Virus record (IMG/VR): IMGVR_UViG_2853968202_000001
Location: 1-45,610 of that record
Reading direction: 5' to 3' (one strand)
Source: a virus
DNA: 45,610 nt
The position numbers were made by a program, and so were the translations under genes. Under the pieces are notes generated by a model. That model ran no database searches. It worked only from the letters and a program-made list of their open reading frames with translations, and was not told where the DNA came from. Shown here piece by piece: positions 27,369 through 34,757 of this stretch. Position 1 is the stretch's first letter. The number at the start of each line of letters is the position of its first letter.

Positions 27369-27656
27369 TCAGAATCCGGGCGCGTCAGGACTCGGTGACG
27401 GTGCTGACGTATCTCGAGGTGACGGTGGTTGCATCCGCTTCGAGACACGCCGGTTGCCGTGCTTGCCGTCCTGGTGGCAGTCGGTACAGAGCCCGATCAG
27501 ATTGTTCGGGTCGTTGTTGTGTTTCCGTTCGTCCTGGTGGTGGAGCTCGATCCCGTCGACGGCGTCTCGAGGCCGGCCGCAGCCAGGGCACCGATAGGAG
27601 CTCCCGTCTCGATCGGACCAATAGAGATCGCGACCGAGTTGGCGTTGGTCAGCCAT
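27369..27656 (-). CDS. HNH endonuclease (95 aa), terminase-associated
   Basis: CPGCG ... ELHHQDERKHNNDPNNLIGLCTDCHQ is a canonical HNH (His-Asn-His plus zinc) motif. It lies immediately upstream of TerS/TerL. Confidence 0.85.
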   Translation of the reverse strand: MADQRQLGRDLYWSDRDGSSYRCPGCGRPRDAVDGIELHHQDERKHNNDPNNLIGLCTDCHQDGKHGNRRVSKRMQPPSPRDTSAPSPSPDAPGF

Positions 27657-27843
27657 CGATGATCAGGAGTGTGTAGGTACACTCCTCACAGAGGGTCACG
27701 GTATCGCCCTCGTTGTAGCCAGCTTCTGAAAGGTCGCCGGCGAGCTGGCTGGTTCTGAAAAACTGCGGCGAGAACTGTGCGAGGAGCGCTGGCGACGGAT
27801 CGCACCGTCCTCCACAGCGGTCGCAGGCTGCTTTGTATCCCAT
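27649..27843 (-). CDS. Small zinc-ribbon protein (64 aa)
   Basis: ATG at 27843 chosen (the track ORF extends to 27942). CDRCGGRC ... CEEC. 8-nt overlap with the HNH start. Confidence 0.5.
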   Translation of the reverse strand: MGYKAACDRCGGRCDPSPALLAQFSPQFFRTSQLAGDLSEAGYNEGDTVTLCEECTYTLLIIDG

Positions 27844-27857
27844 ATTTCTGAAAACTG

Positions 27858-27992
27858 CTATCGCCACCGCTCGAGGTCGCAAACGACCAGGGACCGGAGC
27901 CAGCCGTCGGGCGTCCCATCCCAGAGGATAAGCCAGCCACACCCTTCGATCTCTTTCACGTCGTCTTCGCGGTCGAGAGGGTCGATAGCCAT
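27858..27992 (-). CDS. Small acidic hypothetical protein (44 aa)
   Basis: Hand translation gives MAIDPLDREDDVKEIEGCGWLILWDGTPDGWLRSLVVCDLERWR. Below the ORF-track cutoff. Fills the gap between flanking genes. Confidence 0.3.
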   Translation of the reverse strand: MAIDPLDREDDVKEIEGCGWLILWDGTPDGWLRSLVVCDLERWR

Positions 27993-28014
27993 ATCTCAGC
28001 CCGTGGTCAGAGTT

Positions 28015-28293
28015 TCACTTGTCCGTCGGAAGTAGGCGTTCGGCCTCGAGGTTCCAGAGGCGACCGACCAGCAGGAACACGAGCGCCGTGAACAGCCCGT
28101 AGTAAGGCGGGGCGACTGCCGCAACCCCCTCAAACGTGAGCGAGAGGGAGATCACCGACCAGAGAACGACCAAAATTAGCGCAACAACCTTCGGGACCGT
28201 CTCAGTCTCATCCTGCGGCATCAGTGCCCTCCAAAGTCCGACAGCCTCGATTTTCGCGCGCTCGTACGACGGAGTGTGTGGTTTGGCAGACAT
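28015..28293 (-). CDS. Small membrane protein, two TM segments (92 aa)
   Basis: ATG start. VVALILVVLWSVISLSL and LFTALVFLLVG. Confidence 0.6.
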   Translation of the reverse strand: MSAKPHTPSYERAKIEAVGLWRALMPQDETETVPKVVALILVVLWSVISLSLTFEGVAAVAPPYYGLFTALVFLLVGRLWNLEAERLLPTDK

Positions 28294-28302
28294 AGGTCAT
28301 CC

Positions 28303-28563
28303 TCAGTCCGTGAGTCCGCCGACGATCTGGTCCGCTACGGGGATCACCGCCCCCATCGCCACCTCGAACGATCCTGGTTCTGGCTCCTCGCCACGAGCCG
28401 CAACCAAGACACCAGCGATTGCACCAATTGCCAGCGTCCGACTAAATTTGCGTGGCTTAAATTCCTTCTCGTCGTTTAAGACTGCGTGAGCGTATCCCGA
28501 AACGGCATACGCAGCGCCCAAGACGACGTACAGTGCAAGCATCACCGCCTTATTTTCTGCCAT
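28303..28563 (-). CDS. Small membrane protein (86 aa), first gene after the 28.6-29.1 kb gap
   Basis: ATG start. AVMLALYVVLGAAYAV and LAIGAIAGVLVA. Confidence 0.6.
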   Translation of the reverse strand: MAENKAVMLALYVVLGAAYAVSGYAHAVLNDEKEFKPRKFSRTLAIGAIAGVLVAARGEEPEPGSFEVAMGAVIPVADQIVGGLTD

Positions 28564-28973
28564 GATTGCATTGAAAGTCTTCGAACCGCAGTACGGAAAG
28601 GTGGGGAGGCGGACTGGCTGATGAGGATCAGTTCGCGGCAGGAGGTCGCTCGAGAGAGATCCTCGCTTTCGCTCGGGCTCTCAAACGAACCGGCAGATCC
28701 TGAGTTGTCCCCAGGGCACTGCCGGCCTACCCGCACCGCGGACTCGCTGACTCGTAGCGCGTAGCGCTTAGACCGAAGAAGATGAACAATCGAAGAACTC
28801 CTGTCCAGGACACGACGTCCGAACGCTTGCCGACGGCAGCGTCACGTACCGTGTCAGTCGTGTACCAGCCCTCGAGTACAACGAGAAACTCACAGCGCTC
28901 TATCAGAGCGCTCGGGTATCCTCAGCCAGCTATGCTCGAGCGCAACACGAGCAGGGAACTGACTTCACCGGAA

Positions 28974-29029
28974 ACCGGAGCCGGGAGTCGAACCCGTTTG
29001 ACCTGGCCCATTGGTGCCAGTACTCCGGC
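28974..29029 (-). ncRNA. tRNA-like element: acceptor stem + D-arm + T-arm, with no anticodon arm (56 nt)
   Basis: Minus strand reads GCCGGAG-TA-CTGG-CACCAATGGG-CCAG-GTCAA-ACGGG-TTCGACT-CCCGG-CTCCGGT. It has a 7-bp acceptor stem (one G-U), a 4-bp D stem with GGG in the loop, and a consensus TTCGANT T-loop. One A-G mismatch closes the T stem. Confidence 0.4.
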
Positions 29030-29109
29030 GACGTCCGCAATCCCCTCGGGCATCGAACGATAGGATACGATCGGTTAGCCGAGCCACGGCGCCGTCATCG
29101 GAGAGGATG

Positions 29110-29340
29110 TTATAGCTGCGACCACTCTGGGAGCGTCGTCTGTCCTTTCACGACCGGGCGCTCTGGTTCAGCTGGCTCCTCTTCGGGATCGGTCGTCGTC
29201 GGGACGTTCTCGGCTCGTTCCTCGCCGACATCCTCCGGGTCGGTCGCGTAGACGACGTCGTCGGCCTCGTCCTCGAGCGATGGCCGCTCGGTAATCGACT
29301 GGTAGGTGGCGTCGAGCGGGTCGCCATCGTAGGAGTGCAT
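29110..29340 (-). CDS. Small very acidic hypothetical protein (76 aa)
   Basis: ATG start shares one base with the upstream stop. Acidic composition. Confidence 0.6.
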   Translation of the reverse strand: MHSYDGDPLDATYQSITERPSLEDEADDVVYATDPEDVGEERAENVPTTTDPEEEPAEPERPVVKGQTTLPEWSQL

Positions 29341-29906
29341 CAGAGGATCTCGAGTTGGTCGATGTGGTGGTCATCAGTTGCGAATGTCTCGTTGTACCGC
29401 TCGCACACGAGATTGCGAATCACCCCGTCGACGTCCCCATGCTCCGCGCTCGAGGCGCAATAGCCGATCGGGTCAACCCCCTGCTTGAATTTTAGACCAG
29501 AGCCACAGTGGGGACACCGCGGCGTAAAGTGATCTAGCATCCACACGACCCAGTAGCCCTTTCGACAGAGGCGCTCGGCGAGGACAAGCCACGCGACGGA
29601 GTCGTAAATCCGTTTGTGGTCGGCTTTGATACGCTTGACTGCAAGCGCTGCAGATCGGTCAAGAGACGTGTTCGGATCGTCTCGTACTGTCCGGTGGATC
29701 TTGCGGAAGTAACCGAGGAGCCCCTGCGAAGAACTCTCGAGTTCGCCGTTCGTCAGTGCAGCATCCCGATTCGCTTTCCAATTGGCGTCGGGATCCCTGA
29801 CCGGGGAGCGAACGCCCGACCCGCCACCAGTCTCGTAGGGCGGATATTCCTTAGTCTCCGAGAGCGGTGCTCCCGTCGCTGGGTCAAAGCGTACCTTTCC
29901 TAGCAT
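29340..29906 (-). CDS. Hypothetical protein with a C-terminal zinc-ribbon (188 aa)
   Basis: ATG start. CPHCGSGLKFKQGVDPIGYC. No family recognised. Confidence 0.65.
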   Translation of the reverse strand: MLGKVRFDPATGAPLSETKEYPPYETGGGSGVRSPVRDPDANWKANRDAALTNGELESSSQGLLGYFRKIHRTVRDDPNTSLDRSAALAVKRIKADHKRIYDSVAWLVLAERLCRKGYWVVWMLDHFTPRCPHCGSGLKFKQGVDPIGYCASSAEHGDVDGVIRNLVCERYNETFATDDHHIDQLEIL

Positions 29907-30039
29907 GGTTTGAGAAGGGCGTAGCTACGGAGCCAAGCCGATCACTCGCCCATTGGCGTCACGGCGGGCAGGCTATCGCGCTGTTACCTACCACATTCCG
30001 TTTATTGGTAAATAAAGCGCCGTATAGTGACCTAATAAG

Positions 30040-30273
30040 TCACTTGTCAAGTGAGTAGAGTAAGCGACGGGTGTCTGGGAGGTAGGTCTTTTTTGTGACC
30101 AGACCCTCATCTTCGAGCTCGGCAAGTGCACCACGGACCGTCCGTTGCGGGAGGTATGACTCCTCGGCGATCTCCGTCTGGGAGAGAGGTTCGTCCGCGT
30201 ACTCGAGCGTCTTGTAGACGAGTTTCTGTGCCGGGGTACACCCTTCGATCTCCCCGAGGTCAGCGTCACCCAT
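30040..30273 (-). CDS. Winged helix-turn-helix (MarR/TrmB-like) DNA-binding protein (77 aa)
   Basis: TPAQKLVYKTLEYADEPLSQTEIAEESYLPQRTVRGALAELEDEGLVTKK is a typical archaeal wHTH. Confidence 0.8.
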   Translation of the reverse strand: MGDADLGEIEGCTPAQKLVYKTLEYADEPLSQTEIAEESYLPQRTVRGALAELEDEGLVTKKTYLPDTRRLLYSLDK

Positions 30274-30321
30274 CGTGATCAGCCTCCTCGCCGAGATGCG
30301 AGTGAGTGAAACGGCGGGCGC

Positions 30322-30951
30322 TCATTGGCTTCTCACCCCACTCACACCACCAGGGCTCTCAGACCGCTTATAACTCCGCCAGATGTGTGGCTTGAGTCTC
30401 GAATCTTCTGCAAGGATTTTAGAGACTTTCTTCTCGTCCCTTTCGGCAGAACCCGCATGGATGGATTTGCAGTATCCAACGACCGGCTCACCGTTGATTT
30501 CTGCTGCTGAAAGCGGCCAAGTCGTGTGTCGCTTAATCCCTGTCACGGGCTCTTTCTGTCGGTTATATTCTTTAGCTTCATAGCCGTCGAAGGAGTACGT
30601 CGTAGTGATATCCAGCACCCCTGTATGGAGATCAACAGAGAACTTTCGCTTCACTACGATGTCACCAGCCTGTCGAATCCCCAGCCAACTACTCTCTGTG
30701 AGTTGCTTAAACGAAGTCTCACAGTCTTCGAAAAACACTATCCCGTTCTCAGTGTCATTGTCCTCGCCCTCAGTTTCGAACTCACTAAAGGGCGGGAGTC
30801 GGTTCGATATCTTCTGAGAGGCGTCTACTCTTGACTTAGCGTCCTCTCTATCTTCACCCTCGTATTTCTCTTGAAGGAGATTTAGTGCCTCTCCAATGAC
30901 GTTCCGTTCGTGCTCCCCGTGGATTTGGAGATTCCTCGTTATCTGGCTCAT
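30322..30951 (-). CDS. Hypothetical protein (209 aa) in an AT-richer island, no recognisable domain
   Basis: ATG start with ATGA overlap. More Lys-rich and less acidic than its neighbours. Local GC is visibly lower than the flanks. Confidence 0.65.
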   Translation of the reverse strand: MSQITRNLQIHGEHERNVIGEALNLLQEKYEGEDREDAKSRVDASQKISNRLPPFSEFETEGEDNDTENGIVFFEDCETSFKQLTESSWLGIRQAGDIVVKRKFSVDLHTGVLDITTTYSFDGYEAKEYNRQKEPVTGIKRHTTWPLSAAEINGEPVVGYCKSIHAGSAERDEKKVSKILAEDSRLKPHIWRSYKRSESPGGVSGVRSQ

Positions 30952-31202
30952 TCGTGGTCACGCCCCGTGGCCGATTCTATTGTCCACTCGTCCGATTCGA
31001 TGAGGTAGTCGCCAAGATCCGAAAACGCCTCATATAAATGGTATTCAGCGCCACGAATATCGCCCTCTGAAATCTTTTCAGCGGCTTTCGAATGGTGCGT
31101 CTGAACCGACGCCATAGCGATCATGAGGTCACGCCCCCACTCGCCCCCGCGATCAGTGTCGCTCGTAGACTTAACGTTCTCGTCACTCATGCTGGCCTCC
31201 AT
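30948..31202 (-). CDS. Small hypothetical protein (84 aa; alternative start 31190)
   Basis: ATG at 31202 or 31190 (the latter gives the 8-nt ATGAGTGA overlap). AT-richer island. Confidence 0.55.
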   Translation of the reverse strand: MEASMSDENVKSTSDTDRGGEWGRDLMIAMASVQTHHSKAAEKISEGDIRGAEYHLYEAFSDLGDYLIESDEWTIESATGRDHE

Positions 31203-31692
31203 AGCGATCGTGTCCGAGCTGGGTCTCGTACTGCTCGCGCTGCTCGTCGCGACGCCGTCGGGCCTCGCGGATATGATCCGGGAGTCGAGCGTTGCGATCC
31301 CGGCGGTCGTCCTCGAGGTCGGTACCGTCGAAGCATTCGCTAAGCGCGCTGGCCACTGACTCGGCCGCCTCTGCGACTGCGTCCATCAACGGTTCGAGCG
31401 CATCGGAGAACGCATCGGAGAACGCTACCGCATGTGCACTGACAACCGTCGCGAGCGAGACGACGTCGCCGGGCTCGGCGTCAAGCCAGTCGCGTGTCCG
31501 CTCGGGAAGGATTATCCGGCCAGCGTTGTCGGTCGAGAGGGCCCTGGTCGCGTGCATGATCGCCGCGATCTCGTCTGGCGACCTCGGGAACGCTGGATAC
31601 ACAGGCTCGAGAACCCACTGGCCGTTCTCGTCGATGATCCGGTACTGCAACGCCTTGCTCTCTGGGTCTACATCCAGTTCTGGATTACTCAT
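31183..31692 (-). CDS. AbrB/SpoVT-like (looped-hinge helix) domain protein with a charged C-terminal tail (169 aa)
   Basis: GRIILPERTRDWLDAEPGDVVSL resembles the AbrB/MazE swapped-hairpin motif. C-terminus RRRRDEQREQYE. Confidence 0.5.
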   Translation of the reverse strand: MSNPELDVDPESKALQYRIIDENGQWVLEPVYPAFPRSPDEIAAIMHATRALSTDNAGRIILPERTRDWLDAEPGDVVSLATVVSAHAVAFSDAFSDALEPLMDAVAEAAESVASALSECFDGTDLEDDRRDRNARLPDHIREARRRRDEQREQYETQLGHDRYGGQHE

Positions 31693-32002
31693 TGTGGTTT
31701 AGATTCTGCCGGGTCTGTCGTTTTATGATGCTCTCTACGCCTTTTTGCGGGACAGGATGTGCTGCTTCGGCCGATGACATTCGGGAAGCTGCCTGGGCCT
31801 GCTGGGCCGTCGTGATTGACTGATTCCCACGGAGGTTACCTGCGACCGTCGCTGTTCCGCCGCCAACGAGACAGACGATTCCAAGGATACCAGGTGGGAT
31901 CTCACACGAGGTACACGGGGTGTGGTTGTACTCGAGACACGCCCGACACCGGGACCAGTCTTCGATCCAGCCCCACCACGTCGGGAGCCAGTAGTCCGTC
32001 AT
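31685..32002 (-). CDS. Trp/Cys-rich membrane-associated hypothetical protein (105 aa)
   Basis: ATG at 32002 with ATGA overlap. WLPTWWGWIEDWSRCRACLEYNHTPCTSC, then a hydrophobic stretch ILGIVCLVGGG. Confidence 0.5.
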   Translation of the reverse strand: MTDYWLPTWWGWIEDWSRCRACLEYNHTPCTSCEIPPGILGIVCLVGGGTATVAGNLRGNQSITTAQQAQAASRMSSAEAAHPVPQKGVESIIKRQTRQNLNHNE

Positions 32003-32244
32003 CGGTCCGAACCCTCCGATTCCGGGTACCGTCCCCACTCAATTTCGCCGTCGCAGACTGTCCGGAAATCAACAAACGAGTGGTACACCGATTGGTGACC
32101 AGACTCAATTTTGTCGTCGGTTTCGGGAACGCTCTTGGGGATCCACTCGAGGATGATGAACCCGGAGGGGAAGCGGTAGCCCCACGCTTCGAAGCCTTCC
32201 GAACCGGTGTAGTGAAACGGGCCAGCCCGATAGGGATCAGTCAT
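31999..32244 (-). CDS. Hypothetical protein (81 aa)
   Basis: Internal ATG at 32244 of track ORF 31999-32523. From there the sequence is acidic (MTDPYRAGPFHYTGSEGFEAWGY...). The upstream part of the ORF is Arg/Ser-rich and overlaps the real upstream gene. Confidence 0.55.
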   Translation of the reverse strand: MTDPYRAGPFHYTGSEGFEAWGYRFPSGFIILEWIPKSVPETDDKIESGHQSVYHSFVDFRTVCDGEIEWGRYPESEGSDR

Positions 32245-32620
32245 CGTCCTCACCTCGAAGGTCGTCGACGCGCCGATTCGCGATGTTAAGACAGAGCGCT
32301 CCGTTGCGGGTTGTTCGGCTCGAGCGTTCGTGATACTCCCGTATCTTTCGCTCGAGGTCGTCCGGGTCGTCAATCCCGAGGTAGGTCCGCTCGTGCTCAC
32401 CTGAATCGTCAGTGACTCGAACAAGGTCGCCCCGAGACGTGGCCGCCGAGATCGCCGACCGGACCCGTGAAGGATGCTCGTCCGGGTAGCTCCACGAGAC
32501 GCTCGCGACGACCGGTGCCTCATGGATCAGCGGTGGCTGGGAGCCCCCGGTGTTGTGCTCGACGTAGCCAACCACGCTATCGTAGATCTCCTTCGACGAG
32601 GCGTCCGTCTGGTCACTCAT
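32237..32620 (-). CDS. Hypothetical protein (127 aa)
   Basis: ATG at 32620 gives the 8-nt ATGAGTGA overlap. The track start at 32653 is a TTG. Confidence 0.55.
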   Translation of the reverse strand: MSDQTDASSKEIYDSVVGYVEHNTGGSQPPLIHEAPVVASVSWSYPDEHPSRVRSAISAATSRGDLVRVTDDSGEHERTYLGIDDPDDLERKIREYHERSSRTTRNGALCLNIANRRVDDLRGEDDD

Positions 32621-32987
32621 CGCGATCAGCTCCCGCTTGGGGTGATCGGTCAACCTCTACCCACTCGCCTTGTCTGACTAACTGGCTCTCCATCTGATCA
32701 CCGACGCTATAGTATTTTGACTGGGCCGCGCTGTGTCCCTTTCCTCGTCGCTCTTTCCCGTGGGTTTGGGCTTTCATGGCGATTTCGCACAGCCCCCCAG
32801 AAGGGGCCCTGAAACGCATCTTACCAGAGGGGTAGTTCTCTGGTTCGTCGGCGAACGCTCGGTACAGTTCTTCCATTGCAGGATGGTCGCGTTCCATCCC
32901 CATCTTAGACGCAGCTATGTGAGCGGTTCGCGCCTCAGATGCCGACAATTCGACTACTGATGTGCGTTCAGTATCGTCACTATTCAT
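32613..32987 (-). CDS. Hypothetical protein (124 aa)
   Basis: ATG at 32987 (MNSDDTERTS...). The longer track ORF has a basic TTG-initiated N-terminus overlapping the upstream gene. Confidence 0.55.
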   Translation of the reverse strand: MNSDDTERTSVVELSASEARTAHIAASKMGMERDHPAMEELYRAFADEPENYPSGKMRFRAPSGGLCEIAMKAQTHGKERRGKGHSAAQSKYYSVGDQMESQLVRQGEWVEVDRSPQAGADRDE

Positions 32988-33441
32988 CGACCATCGCCTC
33001 CTCGAGTTCGATAAAGGACCAGCCACCTTTGGCGTAGAAGTCTGCGACCTCGGTGGCAGTCTCACAATGGGAGTGTTCCTTCCAATGAACGCCTGCGTTG
33101 TGTGGGCCAAGCCACGGTCCAGAGAAATCCTGGTAATTCTCAATCGAAATCGATTGAACCCCTGCAATGACGATTATCTGCTCTAATTCGTCCTTCGTGG
33201 CCGACGAATACATCACGTAGTCCAGAGTCTCCGCGTTCGAGAAGAACTCCCTCACCTCGTCGATTGAGACCGGACGGTCTGGAAAGAGGTTCTCGAGTGC
33301 GTACGTGAGTTGCGTTGTTGGGTCTGCCATGATTGCGTGCGTGTGTGTTGATGTTGAATTGGTGTGCGAACGATGCGGGACGGGAAGCCGACACCACGAG
33401 AGGACCGTCAGACGGGAAGGTCGTGGACAGATGACGGCCAC
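32980..33441 (-). CDS. Hypothetical protein, first gene of the 33.4->29.1 kb operon (153 aa from GTG 33441; 116 aa from ATG 33330)
   Basis: GTG at 33441 is preceded by GGAGGTGATC, a 10-nt complement of the 16S rRNA 3' end, with GGAGG 7 nt from the start. The ATG at 33330 begins the acidic part (MADPTTQLTY...). Confidence 0.6.
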   Translation of the reverse strand: MAVICPRPSRLTVLSWCRLPVPHRSHTNSTSTHTHAIMADPTTQLTYALENLFPDRPVSIDEVREFFSNAETLDYVMYSSATKDELEQIIVIAGVQSISIENYQDFSGPWLGPHNAGVHWKEHSHCETATEVADFYAKGGWSFIELEEAMVDE

Positions 33442-33605
33442 GGGATCACCTCCGAATCGGTCCTTGGATTAGACCGACGACGGACCGATCGAGCGGTATA
33501 CGAGCTAGTAGCGGTACGTTGCTTACAACCGCGTGCTGTGTGCATTGTTTTCTTAGTGTTTGATGGCTGAGGGCTCACGCCCGGTCTGCTGGGCCGGGGA
33601 CAGGG

Positions 33606-34454
33606 TCACTCGTGGACGCCAGCTGTCTCGTCCCCACCACCCGACGTGGTTTCTCCGGGGATCTCGGTTCCTTCCATGATCTTGACGCGGCGCTCCTTGC
33701 TGGTCACACCGCTCCGTCCACTCTTGGTCTTGCTAACCACGATCCGGTCCTTCGTGAGGTCCTTCATCGCACCGATCGTCCGACTAACCAACTTCTTTGC
33801 GTAGGCGTCGTCGACGGCACCGCGGCCGAGTTCACGGCGAATCCAGTGCTTTATCTCGCTCGCATCGATGTACTCTCGGACGCCCTTGCAGCCGTTCTTC
33901 CAGGGGTTGTCGACCTCGCTATCACGCGCCTGCCAGAGTCTCGCAGCGAGATAGTCGCCCTTCGTCTTGGCCGTCCGGTCGAGCATGTCGTCGTCCATCT
34001 GGGCCAGCTGCTGGATCGGGAGGAGATCAGCGTGCGCCAGGTTTGTCGAACCGCCGCGAGCCAGCGGATCCTCGCTCTCGGGGAGCCGGTAGTACTCGCC
34101 ACTGTCTTTCTGGATCTTCTCGAGGCGCCCCTCCTTGATCGGGAGGTCGAACTCGACGACGATCTCCGCGGGGAGGTGTGCTCCCTTCTCGAGCTCGCGG
34201 GCCATCAACTCGTTCAATCGATCGTCGTTGAGGTCAGTCGCGGCATCGAACCGGGCGTGCTTGACTTCTTGCTCGTCCTCGAGCTCATCGACGCGCGCTT
34301 CGAGCTCCTCGATACGCTCGTCCTTCTGCTCGTTCGCTTTCCGCAGCTCTTCGTTCTCGGCCTCAACGGTTTCGAGGCGATTGCGGATCTGTTCGAGTTC
34401 GGCAGCGAGTTGTTTGTTCGTCGGTGCGGTCGTCGTGTCGGGGTGGGCAGACAT
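33606..34454 (-). CDS. Coiled-coil protein with a basic C-terminal domain (282 aa), unknown function
   Basis: ATG start preceded by a TGTGTACA box (34457-34464). The N-terminus ELEQIRNRLETVEAENEELRKANEQKDERIEELEARVDELEDE is a clear coiled coil. Confidence 0.7.
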   Translation of the reverse strand: MSAHPDTTTAPTNKQLAAELEQIRNRLETVEAENEELRKANEQKDERIEELEARVDELEDEQEVKHARFDAATDLNDDRLNELMARELEKGAHLPAEIVVEFDLPIKEGRLEKIQKDSGEYYRLPESEDPLARGGSTNLAHADLLPIQQLAQMDDDMLDRTAKTKGDYLAARLWQARDSEVDNPWKNGCKGVREYIDASEIKHWIRRELGRGAVDDAYAKKLVSRTIGAMKDLTKDRIVVSKTKSGRSGVTSKERRVKIMEGTEIPGETTSGGGDETAGVHE

Positions 34455-34586
34455 CGTGTGTACAGAGTTGCCAGTTCGGTCGTCTCGCGATGCGTCTCGA
34501 AATACAAAGTAGCCTCTCGAGGGGTGGTGGAAGGCCGCGCAGGACAGAGCCGCGGCTCCTCGAGAGGCGAACTTTTATAGAGATCC

Positions 34587-34647
34587 GGAACGCAGGATTA
34601 TGCGACCAAGCATGGGGGCGAATTGACGCCCCCTTCTCCTGCGTTCC
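34587..34647. terminator. Nested inverted repeats (11-bp outer stem, 7-bp GC inner hairpin) between two minus-strand transcription units
   Basis: GGAACGCAGGA (34587-34597) pairs with TCCTGCGTTCC (34637-34647). Inside, GGGGGCG (34614-34620) pairs with CGCCCCC (34627-34633). CGAACTTTTATAG lies just upstream on the plus strand. Confidence 0.4.
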
Positions 34648-34757
34648 ACACCTCGTAGCGGTGGGTGTGCTTCTCCTATCGTGTTGCCTAACCGGTAGAC
34701 GCGGGCGGCACTTAAATCCGGTAGTCACACCTAACGAGTCACGTAGGCGGGGATCCA

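Noticed and set aside
28974-29029. attP site with a partner integrase.
   Set aside because: The T-arm/acceptor sequence could be a tRNA-derived att core, but no ORF in the window shows recombinase-like size or motifs. Integration is therefore not supported and is kept only as an alternative explanation in the finding.
28782-29063. 93-aa plus-strand ORF covering the tRNA-like element, and the 64-aa ORF at 28542-28736(-).
   Set aside because: Ser/Thr/Arg-rich low-complexity translations with no coupling to neighbours. The region is better explained as non-coding.
28900-29100. A canonical tRNA gene, possibly intron-containing, on the minus strand.
   Set aside because: I could not place an anticodon stem-loop or a second copy of the 5' acceptor strand anywhere upstream. 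An alternative cloverleaf starting at GGCGCCG (29094->) has mismatched acceptor and D stems and no T-loop. Only the truncated 56-nt fold is supportable.
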